Positions 28,822-37,929 of a stretch of 64,000 bases of DNA are shown here, in pieces. Source of the stretch: Chloroflexota bacterium (GTDB lineage: Bacteria; Chloroflexota; Dehalococcoidia; Lucifugimonadales; UBA3495); NCBI GenBank assembly GCA_027623815.1, contig JAQBUV010000001.1:3295-67294 (forward strand), read 5' to 3'. The notes under the pieces were generated by a model that was not told the origin of the DNA, did not search any database, and saw nothing but the letters and a program-made list of their open reading frames with translations. Position 1 is the first letter of the stretch, and each line of letters begins with the position of its first letter. The translations under genes and the position numbers were made by a program.

Positions 28822-29178
28822 TTAGCTACTCTGCACCTCAATCCGACAAACCTTGCCCAACTCTCCGTTTCCTTTGTGGACATGTACCTCGATCTGATCA
28901 TCGGAGGCGGCGATATTGAAGTGGGGAACACACTTGTCCTCAACGTAGGCTCGCACGGTTATCTCGGTACACCCCTCATCAGCACTCACCACCGAAGAAT
29001 TATATAGCTTGATTTTCGTCCCGGGCTGAACCTCTAGCAAGGTGCAGGACAGCGCCTGTTCGTTGGGTACTGGCGCGCTGATCAGGCTCAGGTCATAGAT
29101 TTGAGAAACATCACTGGAGAGCTTGCCAATGTAGTGCTGGCTGGCTGCAGGTCCTTCATAAAAACGAATAACTCCCAT
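28822..29178 (-). CDS. hypothetical protein
   Basis: 118-aa ORF with a beta-rich-looking sequence. No family recognised. Confidence 0.45.
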   Translation of the reverse strand: MGVIRFYEGPAASQHYIGKLSSDVSQIYDLSLISAPVPNEQALSCTLLEVQPGTKIKLYNSSVVSADEGCTEITVRAYVEDKCVPHFNIAASDDQIEVHVHKGNGELGKVCRIEVQSS

Positions 29179-29268
29179 AGCTATGCTCCTACAACTAGTT
29201 TGGCCTATCCTACCACGTCATTGGCAGAATTGCTCAACACCTTCCAACTCCGCCATAATCCTGCATTG

Positions 29269-30063
29269 TCACTCCAGCTTCTGATAAACAAAGCTCAAAT
29301 ACACCCGCTGCCCATCAGCGAAAGACTCAGGCATTCCGCTATTCTCCACTCCAGCAAAGTGTCGGAACAGCCAGCGCAGCCCCCAGGGGACATACTGTTG
29401 AATCAACGCCAAATTTGCCGCGCTATCCAGCCGCAACGCCGCCAGCACGTTGGCGGTGATATCCTCTCGGCTGATCTCCACCAGTCCAGACCCTAGCAAG
29501 TGTTCTTGTAGCGCAGCAATCCCATCTCTTCGCCTAAAGTCCGCCAGCAGCAGATAACCCTGGGGACGCAGGACTCGGCCAGCCTCTTTCAGAAATTTGA
29601 GCATCTGGGGATAGCAGTGGGAAGACTCTAGATTGATTACCACATCAAAAGACTGGTCGGGAAAATCCAGGGCTTCGGCGTTGCCCTGACTGAACTTGAG
29701 CCCTTGGAGGGAATGCTTTTCCTGACAGAAGCTGACGGCCTTGACGCTCAGATCAACACCCTGATAAGAGCGGGGTTCCAGCCTAGTGGCCAGGTATTCC
29801 GCTCCGCCGCCCCGACCGCTGCCGACTTCCAAGACATCCTTTTGGCTCCAGTCCCAACCGGCGGCGCGGATACCCCTGGCCACTTTCCAATAAAGAGCCT
29901 TGCGCCGAACCTCCGGGTCGCCTCCACCGTTATTTGCAGAATCGGTTCCGGGCCCTAAAAAGACAAAACCAAAATTCATGAAGGTGATTTTAGAGTCTCG
30001 ATCCCGACTCGATAAATAGTTGTAGAACCGGGCCACCAGCCAATAAACCAGATGCTGTTTCAT
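29269..30063 (-). CDS. class I SAM-dependent methyltransferase
   Basis: 264 aa with motif I VLEVGSGRGGGAEYL and a post-I acidic residue. Confidence 0.8.
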   Translation of the reverse strand: MKQHLVYWLVARFYNYLSSRDRDSKITFMNFGFVFLGPGTDSANNGGGDPEVRRKALYWKVARGIRAAGWDWSQKDVLEVGSGRGGGAEYLATRLEPRSYQGVDLSVKAVSFCQEKHSLQGLKFSQGNAEALDFPDQSFDVVINLESSHCYPQMLKFLKEAGRVLRPQGYLLLADFRRRDGIAALQEHLLGSGLVEISREDITANVLAALRLDSAANLALIQQYVPWGLRWLFRHFAGVENSGMPESFADGQRVYLSFVYQKLE

Positions 30064-30124
30064 GGCCTATTTCGCCATCTATTTCGGTTGGATTGGGCCA
30101 TCTACAAACCCGGTTGCCTCAGAT

Positions 30125-31000
30125 TCAAGAGCGCAAGAACTTCTCCTGCATTTGGACTAGCTCATCGGTACGGTTTAATGAGCGCAACAGTTGGGGGGAA
30201 GCCTGCTTCTCGGCGAGTTCCTCCATTGCGCCCCCGTCCTTCAAGTGCTTCAGGCAGTCATAAACCGCTTTGACGGCCACCGCGTAGGCCGGATTGCCCA
30301 GCATCAGTATTCTCACTCCGTTGGCGGCCAGGTAGGCCCTATCATCAATCATATCGGCGGGCGGGCTAAGGACAGTCAGGGGCAAGGATGTCGCCTGGTG
30401 TACCGCCTCCAACTGCGCGCGGGTCTTCAGTCCAGTTAGTCGAATGGCCTCAACACCAGTGTGAGCATAGGCTTTCATCCGATCCAGAGCTTCATCCAGG
30501 GGGCATTTGGCCAATGCGGCGGTGCGGGCCACGATGACTGTGGTGGGGTCGGTGCGGGCGGCCACCGCCGCTTCTAGCTTCCCAACCTGCTCCGCTTTGG
30601 AATACAGCCCGGGGTCTGGGGCATTGAACTGCAAGGGGGCAATACTGTCTTCGATCTCAATAGCCGAAACGCCAGCTGCCTCCAGTTCCTTAATCTCCCG
30701 CATAACGTTTACGGCGTTGCCGAATCCGTCCTCGCCGTCGATCATCAGGCAAACATCGGCCATGCGGGTAATGCGGCGGCAATGGTCCACCGAGTCGGAC
30801 ATATTGTACATAACTATGTCCGGGACTCCCAGGTTTGCTGCCTTTCCTACCGAGCCGGACAAAAAGCAGACCTCGTAGTCCAGCATCTGGGCAATGCGTG
30901 CGGAAAGAGGGTCGAAGATGTTGGCCGCCACGGTGCAGGCGGGCCGGGATAAAACATCGCGAAACCGCTCCCTGGCTTGTGACATAGTTGTATCCTCCAT
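30125..31000 (-). CDS. isocitrate lyase/PEP mutase superfamily protein (paralog of 7587-8468)
   Basis: 291 aa with MIDGEDGFGNAVNV and AIEIEDS motifs. No K(K/R)CGH loop is present. Confidence 0.8.
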   Translation of the reverse strand: MEDTTMSQARERFRDVLSRPACTVAANIFDPLSARIAQMLDYEVCFLSGSVGKAANLGVPDIVMYNMSDSVDHCRRITRMADVCLMIDGEDGFGNAVNVMREIKELEAAGVSAIEIEDSIAPLQFNAPDPGLYSKAEQVGKLEAAVAARTDPTTVIVARTAALAKCPLDEALDRMKAYAHTGVEAIRLTGLKTRAQLEAVHQATSLPLTVLSPPADMIDDRAYLAANGVRILMLGNPAYAVAVKAVYDCLKHLKDGGAMEELAEKQASPQLLRSLNRTDELVQMQEKFLRS

Positions 31001-31059
31001 TTTCTATTTACCCTGAGACCAGCTAACTGAAGGGCCAATTGACGCCGTTTATCAGGCCG

Positions 31060-32076
31060 TTAGACGTTGATGCGATATACCCGGGCTGCCGTGTCATGAA
31101 ACATAGCGGCGCGGTCGGCGGCTGAGTAACCCTTGGTCAACCGCTTGAAGGCGTTATACATAATGTTGTAGGAGAATGACACTTTGTCCGGCGGGAAGTT
31201 GCTCTCCAGCATGCACCGCTCCGGCCCGAACTGCTCAATACAAAAAGTCTTCCAGGGGGTCATGGCTACCGACAATTCTTCCGAACCGATGGGAACATTC
31301 CGGGCGTGCCAGCCAAATCCCCAGCGGGGCATGCCCATGCCGCCCAGTTTGACCACAACATTGGGACAAGCCGCCACCGCCGCGATGCCCTCCCGCCAGG
31401 CAGCCATCACCTCGTCGTCCCGATTGGCGTAGATGCCCACTCGGTTGACGCCGCCCATGTGGTTGAGGATGATGGTCAAGTCGGGCACCGCCTTGGCGAA
31501 AGCTGCCAGTTCCGGCAATTGGGGAAAGGACAGCATGGTATCCAGGGACAATCCCTTTTGCGCCAACACCCTTGCTCCAGCCCGAAATGTGTCGTTGGAC
31601 ATGATGCTTTCGGTTTCCCGGTTGTCCAACGCCGGGTCTGGGCTCCAGGTTACGTTGTGCCGTATGCCCCGGAATCGGTTGGGGCTGGCCGCCTGTAATG
31701 CTTCCAGTACCGGTTCGACTTTGTCTCCCAATTTGAGGTCGGCGTGCCCAACGATGGCCGCTGCCGCTCGGCTGGGGCCGTAGACGCCGCTGGCGCTGGC
31801 CGCGGCCAGACCCTGGACGAATTCCACTTCGCCCACCGGACGCATCTCCGCCGGACCGTCGGCGCGATACATCGATCTGGCCTCGACAAACACCGTGGAA
31901 CGGACGTTGTGGCCGCTGTCGATGTCGGCAATCAACTCGTGAATCAGATACCGCTGAAAGGGAATGCTTGCGGGTCTGAGATCCCAGAAGTGGTGATGGG
32001 GATCGCAGATGGGAAGCTCCGGCTCCAGCGTGGGTTCCTGGGTCAGTGCCAGCCAATCATTACCACCGAACGGCAT
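31060..32076 (-). CDS. amidohydrolase_2 family protein
   Basis: 338 aa with ICDPHHHFW and LNHMGG motifs. It is a close paralog of 39967-40980. Confidence 0.85.
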   Translation of the reverse strand: MPFGGNDWLALTQEPTLEPELPICDPHHHFWDLRPASIPFQRYLIHELIADIDSGHNVRSTVFVEARSMYRADGPAEMRPVGEVEFVQGLAAASASGVYGPSRAAAAIVGHADLKLGDKVEPVLEALQAASPNRFRGIRHNVTWSPDPALDNRETESIMSNDTFRAGARVLAQKGLSLDTMLSFPQLPELAAFAKAVPDLTIILNHMGGVNRVGIYANRDDEVMAAWREGIAAVAACPNVVVKLGGMGMPRWGFGWHARNVPIGSEELSVAMTPWKTFCIEQFGPERCMLESNFPPDKVSFSYNIMYNAFKRLTKGYSAADRAAMFHDTAARVYRINV

Positions 32077-32170
32077 GGTTGAGCCTCCATTACTATCTAG
32101 TTGGCTACTATATTTATCGGCGCAATGATATCACGTAAGCGGACGCTTGCAACCAGGATTGGCTGGCTGA

Positions 32171-32275
32171 GGTATTGGTTCAGTTTAATTATCGTCGTTC
32201 CAGCGAAAGCCGGAATCTAGTGGCGTGTCATCTTCAAGCGTGGGTTGTCGCTAGGCTCCGGTTTTCGGCGGAGCT
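32171..32275 (+). repeat. family-A element, degenerate copy 4
   Basis: The left end GGTATTGGTTCAGTTTAATTATCGTCGTTCCAGCGAAAGCCGGAATC matches copies 1 and 3. The right half is diverged and its terminal repeat is not recognisable. Confidence 0.5.
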
Positions 32276-32400
32276 ATGGGGGAGACTGATAAATGGGGCT
32301 TGCCGACGGTCTTCAGATGCTGTCTAATACAGCTACGGGTTCAAGCTGGCTGTTGGACGCATGCGTCAGCAGCCTTAGCGAAATGGGAGGAGGTCGATCA

Positions 32401-33459
32401 ATGCCAAATTATATGTATGTCGCTCTGCAAGACGGTGACAAAATTCTGGGTTTTAACATGGACGCTCAAACCGGCAAATTAACGCCCATGGCAGAAGTTC
32501 CAGTCGTCGGCGGGCCGTCGGCGTTGGCAATAAGTCCGGATCAAAAAGTGCTTTACGTCGGTCATCGCACCAGTCAAGAAATATCCAGCTACCGAATAGA
32601 CCAGAATACTGGCAGCCTGACCCAGAACGGAAAAGTATCCGTTGAGGCCGCGCCTACTTTTTTGTCCACCGACCGCAAGGGGAAATATTTGCTTTCCGCC
32701 CATTACCAGGGCGCCCACATCGCGGTGCATGGCACTGGGGCTGACGGAGGGATAGTCGGCCCACCCATCGAATGGCTGGAAACGGACGTTGGCGCCCACG
32801 CGATTCAGACCGACCGCTCTAACAAATTTGCCTTCGTGCCTCACATCGCCCGCCAAAGCGATAACGTAATGCAACCTCCTGGCGACGCCCTGGGGCCGAA
32901 TGTTATTTACCAGTTCCGGTTCGACGAGAACACCGGCCACCTCACGCCCAACTCGCCACTAAAAGTCGAGCAGGGAGAATTTCTCGGCCCCCGGCACTAT
33001 TGCTTTCATCCAACGCTAGACGTCGCCTACTTTTCCAACGAGCAGGGATGCAGCGTAAACGCCTATCGACTGGATACCACCACAGGAACGCTGGCGGCTT
33101 TCCAAACCATATCCACCCTACCGGAAGGCCACACCGGCAGGAACACTTGCTCCCAGATACAAATCTCTCCTTCGGGAAAATTCTTGTATGTGCCTAACCG
33201 GGGCCACAACAGCATCGCGGGCTTCTCGGTAGACGCCTCTACCGGAAGTTTGACCGCCATCGGGCAAGTATCGACCGAAGTGGTGCCCAGCGCCTTCAGC
33301 CTGGACCCAGCGGGCAAGTTCGTTTACGCCGCCGGTTCTGAGTCGGGCCGTTTGGCCTCGTACCGGGTCAATGGGGACACGGGTGAGCTGACCGCAATGG
33401 AGACTTATTCCGCGGGCAAGAGGCCGATGGGGGTGCTGATAACTAATTTGGGCGGCTAG
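32401..33459 (+). CDS. lactonase, 7-bladed beta-propeller (6-phosphogluconolactonase-like) family
   Basis: Trimmed to the ATG at 32401 after GGAGGAGG. It contains repeated PSALAISPDQKVLYV, PTFLSTDRKGKYLL and ISPSGKFLYVPN-type blades. Confidence 0.8.
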   Translation: MPNYMYVALQDGDKILGFNMDAQTGKLTPMAEVPVVGGPSALAISPDQKVLYVGHRTSQEISSYRIDQNTGSLTQNGKVSVEAAPTFLSTDRKGKYLLSAHYQGAHIAVHGTGADGGIVGPPIEWLETDVGAHAIQTDRSNKFAFVPHIARQSDNVMQPPGDALGPNVIYQFRFDENTGHLTPNSPLKVEQGEFLGPRHYCFHPTLDVAYFSNEQGCSVNAYRLDTTTGTLAAFQTISTLPEGHTGRNTCSQIQISPSGKFLYVPNRGHNSIAGFSVDASTGSLTAIGQVSTEVVPSAFSLDPAGKFVYAAGSESGRLASYRVNGDTGELTAMETYSAGKRPMGVLITNLGG

Positions 33460-33596
33460 CCGCGTTCACCTGGTCAGTTGAGCCGGTACTGGAAAACGGC
33501 CAGTTTATCCCTTGAAAATTGAACCAGCGGGGTAGTCGCGTCACGTCTTCGCCGCTGGCGCAGTATAAGCGGAATAATAAGAGTGAGTAGAAGAGC

Positions 33597-34400
33597 ATGT
33601 TCAGCAAGATTCAGCACGTGGGTTACCAGGTGAATAACCTGGACAAAGCCGTATCCTGGTTCGCCGAGAAATTTGGTGGCACGCGGGCCGCCGGTGGCGC
33701 CGCCCAACTTGGGGGGCGTAACGCCTTTGTCCGGTTCGGTCAGATTGAGGTTGAACTGCTGGAGCCGGTGAACCACAACGATGTTCCTGAAGATACGTTG
33801 GTGATGCACCATGTCGGCTACGTGGTGCCAGACGTTCGGCAAGCGGCGGCGGAGTTGAAACAGAAGGGTCTGAAATTCACTGCAGACCAGCCCAACGTCA
33901 ATGCCCTATCTCAACAGGTGCTTTGGCTGGACCCGGCTACGACCAACGATATTCTGATTCACCTGACCCAACTGCCAGAGCAACCGAACACGGTAGGAAT
34001 TGGGGGTGGCCTGGCGATAGATCAGATTGTTCACGCCGGGTACGTTGTCGAAAACCTGGTGGAAGCTGTGGCCTGGTACACTGACAAGTTCGGCGGCGAG
34101 TACATTGGTGGCGGGATGTCCCGTCGGGGCGTGAACAACGCCTTCGTCAATTTTGGGCAGGTACAGGTTGAACTGCTGGAGCCAACCAGCCCAGAGCAGC
34201 TTGGCGGCCAGCGGCAGGCAATGGACCATGTGGGCTACGTGGTCAAGGACATAGTAGCGGGTATTGAAGATTGCCAACGGCGCGGTCTACAGCTAGGTGA
34301 AGCGGCGCCGCGCGCCAACAGCATCAACCAGCAGTTGTGCTACTTTGACACTGGGTGCACCTGCGGCACCCAAATTCACCTGACCCAGTTGCCTGGGTAA
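33597..34400 (+). CDS. VOC (glyoxalase/dioxygenase) family protein, two tandem domains
   Basis: 267 aa with an internally duplicated pattern (HVGYQVNNLDKAVSWFAEKFGG and HAGYVVENLVEAVAWYTDKFGG), as in methylmalonyl-CoA epimerase-like proteins. Confidence 0.8.
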   Translation: MFSKIQHVGYQVNNLDKAVSWFAEKFGGTRAAGGAAQLGGRNAFVRFGQIEVELLEPVNHNDVPEDTLVMHHVGYVVPDVRQAAAELKQKGLKFTADQPNVNALSQQVLWLDPATTNDILIHLTQLPEQPNTVGIGGGLAIDQIVHAGYVVENLVEAVAWYTDKFGGEYIGGGMSRRGVNNAFVNFGQVQVELLEPTSPEQLGGQRQAMDHVGYVVKDIVAGIEDCQRRGLQLGEAAPRANSINQQLCYFDTGCTCGTQIHLTQLPG

Positions 34401-34416
34401 GCGACCATTCGGAAAC

Positions 34417-34506
34417 GTGGTTCGACCGGCTCACCATGAGCGGACTTGACTTGTGGCCCGCTCATCCCGAGCCCATTCGGTAAGCTCAGGTCAGGCTTGT
34501 CGAAGG
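34417..34506. repeat. family-C palindromic repeat, copy 1, between convergent genes
   Basis: The left end GTGGTTCGACCGGCTCACCATGAGCGG is an imperfect inverted repeat of the right end GCTCAGGTCAGGCTTGTCGAAGG. It is related to 45808-45875. Confidence 0.65.
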
Positions 34507-34549
34507 ATTATCCCACTGGTGGTGGCCTTGGCTGGGTGGTTGCCCGCCA

Positions 34550-35230
34550 TCAGACACGCATGGCAGTCCAGATGACATGATGCGCGCCGCCTTTACCCCC
34601 ACCGCCTCGCGCTCGCACCTTGACTTCATCCACCTCGAACCCGGCCTGGCGCAGCCGCCGAGCAAACGCTCCATCCGGGCCGGAAGACCATACAGCCAAA
34701 ACGCCCCGGGGTCGCAACGCGGCGAAAGCGGTATTCAACCCGTCGCGGCCATATAGCCAATCGTTACCCTTCATGACCAGCCCATTCGGGCCATTGTCAA
34801 CATCCAGCAGGATGGCATCGTACTCACTGTGGGCGGTCTTAATAATCTGAGCAACGTCGCCTTCCTGGACGGTGACCCGTTGGTCGTCCAGGGGATGACC
34901 GGCCAGATGGGCCAGGACTCCCCGGTTCCACTTCACCACGGCGGGCACCAACTCGGCAACAATCACCTGGGCTTTGGCTCCAAGTTCGTTCAGCGCCGTC
35001 CTCACCGTGTATCCCATGCCCAGACCGCCAATCAGGACTCTAGGCTGCGGCTGTCCGGCGATTTTTTGGCAGCCCAGTTTGGCCAGCGCATCTTCCGACC
35101 CGTAAACACGACTGTTCATAAGTTCATAATTGCCTGCTTTGATCGAGAAATCCTGGTCATGTTGATACAAACGCAGTTCCTCGCCGTTGCCGGGAGTTTC
35201 TGCCGTGTCGAGTAACTTCCAGGGAATCAT
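34550..35230 (-). CDS. spermidine-synthase-like class I methyltransferase-fold protein
   Basis: 226 aa with VLIGGLGMGYTVRTAL and DAILLDVDNGP motifs. Confidence 0.7.
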   Translation of the reverse strand: MIPWKLLDTAETPGNGEELRLYQHDQDFSIKAGNYELMNSRVYGSEDALAKLGCQKIAGQPQPRVLIGGLGMGYTVRTALNELGAKAQVIVAELVPAVVKWNRGVLAHLAGHPLDDQRVTVQEGDVAQIIKTAHSEYDAILLDVDNGPNGLVMKGNDWLYGRDGLNTAFAALRPRGVLAVWSSGPDGAFARRLRQAGFEVDEVKVRARGGGGKGGAHHVIWTAMRV

Positions 35231-35305
35231 CAGTGCCTCTCATTACACCTGGTTTCTTCTATCGATCAAATATCGATCAAAATAACGGGCTAATCAGGGC
35301 CGCAT

Positions 35306-36910
35306 TCAGGGACGCACACCCGGGATATTCAGGCGTATGCGATAAATGCCGGTGACCGCCGTCATATAAAGTGTTTGACCATCCTGGTCGCCCCAGGCCA
35401 GATTGTGCGGTGTTTCTGGGCCTTTGATCATGCCGAGAAGCTGTCCCTGAGGCGACAGAATCCAAACGCCCTCCGGCCCGCAGACGTAGAGGTTGCCTTC
35501 CTGATCGACCTTGATCCCGTCAATTGCATTCTCTCCGGGAGCGTTGGTCATATCGTAGAATACTTCTGCATTCTCTCCGGGAGCGTTGGTCATATCGTAG
35601 AATACTTCGCCCGAGGCTAGCGTTCCATCGTCATTCACCGGGTATCGCATTACGACTTTGTTTTGGTAATCCCAGTTGCCAACATAAAGGAACTGTTCAT
35701 CCGGTGAAAAGGCGAGACCGTTGGGGCCGGTCAACTCTGAGGTCAGGAGTTTGATCTCGCCCTCATGGACCCGGAACACTCCGCTGAAGGGGAGTTCTTT
35801 CCTCGGATCGTCAAACTTCTGCGGAAGCCCAAAAGGTGGGTCGGTAAAGTACAGTGACCCGTCAGACTTGTAAACCAGGTCGTTGGGACTGTTGAGACGC
35901 TGGCCCTGAAATTGGTCGGCCAGCACCGTTATTTTGCTGCGAGGCTCAACCCTGATGATTCGGCGGTTGCCATGCTGGCAGATGGTCAGCCGCCCTTCCC
36001 GGTCGAAGGTCAAGCCGTTGGAGCCTGGTTGGGTGTACTGACCGATGTCGAAACCGTTGTATCCGCTTTTCGCCCGGAAGACATTCACCGTGCCGTCGGT
36101 GGCCCAACGGTAGATGATGTTGGTATTGGGCGAACTGAAAAGCAGATAGCCCTCGCGGGCCCAAACTGGGCCTTCGGTGAAAACAAAATCGCCCGCCACC
36201 TTTTCCAGCTTGACACCCGGCGGCACGATGGCATCCAATGCTGCATCGCTTCTGACGATCTCAAAGGGTACCTCCCGGCCAACCTGGGCGCGGTCGGCAG
36301 CGTAGAAATCTAGGGTCGCTGTGCGCAGCCAGATGTAATTATCGGGGGAAGCCGATAATGGAGCGTTGATTCCAAAGACGGCGATTTGGAAGCGCTGCCC
36401 CGGCTTGACTCCTTGGGCGATGATGATGCGGTTGGGTGAGTTAAACCCGCTGACCACGGTTCCGCCCGCCTGACCCACGACCCGAGGCATGCGTCCGTTG
36501 ACCCAGACCTCGGCGTAGTCATCGACAATCACCTCAAATACGACAGTGGAGCCAGTGGGATCGAAGTTGCCGACCATCTCAGGAATCGTGACGTCAATGC
36601 GATACCAGTTGAAGCAGACTTTGCCGGTGCCGCGACGGCTATCCAATTCGGTAGCTGGCAGGATTTCCCAGCCCGAGTCGTCAAAATCCAGGACCTCAGC
36701 ATGGGGGATTATGTCGTAAGTCCGATTCGGCGGGCCGCTTGGCCCCAGGTCATCACCCACGCTACGAAAATCCACGGTGGCGACCTTGGCGTCATGGTAA
36801 CGCCACTGACCTTTGACCAACTCAACACCGGCGTCGGTGTTCAGGTCGACCATGGCATTGGGCAAGTCAGGCAGGATACCCGGCGGGCCTGGTAGTCTTG
36901 AGGTTGTCAA
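35306..36910 (-). CDS. SMP-30/gluconolactonase family lactonase fused to an N-terminal jelly-roll-like domain
   Basis: 534 aa. The C-terminal half has FTEGPVW, SPNDLVY, GSLYFTDPP, PNGLAFSPD and IDGIKVD. The N-terminal ~240 aa has WYRIDVTIP...FEVIVDDYAEVWVNG, resembling sugar-binding jelly-roll domains. Confidence 0.8.
   Translation of the reverse strand: MTTSRLPGPPGILPDLPNAMVDLNTDAGVELVKGQWRYHDAKVATVDFRSVGDDLGPSGPPNRTYDIIPHAEVLDFDDSGWEILPATELDSRRGTGKVCFNWYRIDVTIPEMVGNFDPTGSTVVFEVIVDDYAEVWVNGRMPRVVGQAGGTVVSGFNSPNRIIIAQGVKPGQRFQIAVFGINAPLSASPDNYIWLRTATLDFYAADRAQVGREVPFEIVRSDAALDAIVPPGVKLEKVAGDFVFTEGPVWAREGYLLFSSPNTNIIYRWATDGTVNVFRAKSGYNGFDIGQYTQPGSNGLTFDREGRLTICQHGNRRIIRVEPRSKITVLADQFQGQRLNSPNDLVYKSDGSLYFTDPPFGLPQKFDDPRKELPFSGVFRVHEGEIKLLTSELTGPNGLAFSPDEQFLYVGNWDYQNKVVMRYPVNDDGTLASGEVFYDMTNAPGENAEVFYDMTNAPGENAIDGIKVDQEGNLYVCGPEGVWILSPQGQLLGMIKGPETPHNLAWGDQDGQTLYMTAVTGIYRIRLNIPGVRP
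35525..35608 (-). repeat. perfect 2 x 42-bp in-frame tandem duplication inside the lactonase gene
   Basis: TGCATTCTCTCCGGGAGCGTTGGTCATATCGTAGAATACTTC occurs at 35525-35566 and again at 35567-35608. It encodes EVFYDMTNAPGENA twice. Confidence 0.95.
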
Positions 36911-37017
36911 AAGCCGCCTCCTTTGGTGACTCTAGTTTAGATTATTTCTGCCATTATATATGGCCACATTTAGCGCCTAGGCTATGCCAGCCAGGGATTG
37001 GCAGTCAACACAATAGA

Positions 37018-37112
37018 CTGGCTAGACCCCTTCTCCCTCAATGGGAGAAGGTTGGGAAGAGGGTGATACCTCCCTCACCTCAATCCTCTCCCACAAGGGG
37101 AGGGGAAGCCAG
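37018..37112 (+). repeat. family-B double-hairpin repeat, copy 2
   Basis: Hairpins are CCTTCTCCC-TCAAT-GGGAGAAGG and CCTCTCCC-ACAA-GGGGAGGGG. It is collinear with the reverse complement of 12601-12687. Confidence 0.75.
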
Positions 37113-37163
37113 TATTCAATGATTGACGCGTATTTATCTGAGATTGCTCTTAGCCGGCGTTCT

Positions 37164-37907
37164 CTAACGCTCCAGTCGCCAAGTATACAAGACTACCGCG
37201 ACGGCGGTCGCCAGGTTCAGGCTGGATACACCTTCAGTCATGGGAATGGCGATGCAGTGGTCGGCTGAGGTCAGTAATTCTTGGCTGAGACCGCTCCGTT
37301 CCGCGCCGAAGGCCAGAATGGCTCGTGGGGGAATCGAGTTGGCCTTTAGCGGTTCCCCGGAGGAATCGACTGCCACCAGCGGGCGTTCACAGCTTGGGAT
37401 GGCGGTAGCCCGCGTCACCGGAAGGGCGAACTGCGAGCCGACTCCGGTAATTATTGAGGCAGCGTTCCAGGGGTCGTGCAATCCGATGGTGATGACTCCC
37501 GCCGCTCCCGCTGCCGCCGCCACGCGGATGGCGGTGCCTATGTTGATATGATTTCGAGGGTTTTCCAGTAAGACCACCGGAGCTGGTGCCGGGTTGTCCA
37601 ATATGTCAGTGAGACAAACAGCAGGACGGCGCGCGATCGCAATTATACCGGTGGGCGGCGGCACCGGAGCCAACTGCTGGAAAATCTCCTCTGGAACCAA
37701 CTTCACGTGCTGAATTAAGGTGTCCGTGGTATCCGGGGCAATGTCCGCCGCCAACTGGGACAGATCAGCCAGGTTAATGCTGACGGCCTCAATCAGTTCA
37801 GCGCCGAATCGGATGGCGTGCTTCAGGGGATGGAATCCTTCCAGAACGACCAGGGAAGGGTCGCTACGCGCGCTGCGGAAACGGTCGATAATGAGGTGAT
37901 GACTCAT
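37164..37907 (-). CDS. TrmH/SpoU family RNA 2'-O-methyltransferase
   Basis: 247 aa with HINIGTAIRVAAAAGA, LAFGAERSGL and IPMTEGVSSLNLATAVAV motifs. Confidence 0.85.
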   Translation of the reverse strand: MSHHLIIDRFRSARSDPSLVVLEGFHPLKHAIRFGAELIEAVSINLADLSQLAADIAPDTTDTLIQHVKLVPEEIFQQLAPVPPPTGIIAIARRPAVCLTDILDNPAPAPVVLLENPRNHINIGTAIRVAAAAGAAGVITIGLHDPWNAASIITGVGSQFALPVTRATAIPSCERPLVAVDSSGEPLKANSIPPRAILAFGAERSGLSQELLTSADHCIAIPMTEGVSSLNLATAVAVVLYTWRLER

Positions 37908-37929
37908 AATTCGTGATGCAAATTACGGT

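Noticed and set aside
28822-32076. A possible phosphonate biosynthesis cluster, formed by a PEP-mutase-superfamily gene next to a methyltransferase.
   Set aside because: The superfamily member lacks the PEP mutase EDK..PK.NS signature. No phosphonopyruvate decarboxylase or other phosphonate genes are present.
34417-34506. A tRNA-like GGTTCGA block, which suggested a tRNA or tRNA fragment.
   Set aside because: No acceptor, D or anticodon arm can be drawn. The same block recurs at 45808 as part of a palindromic repeat family.
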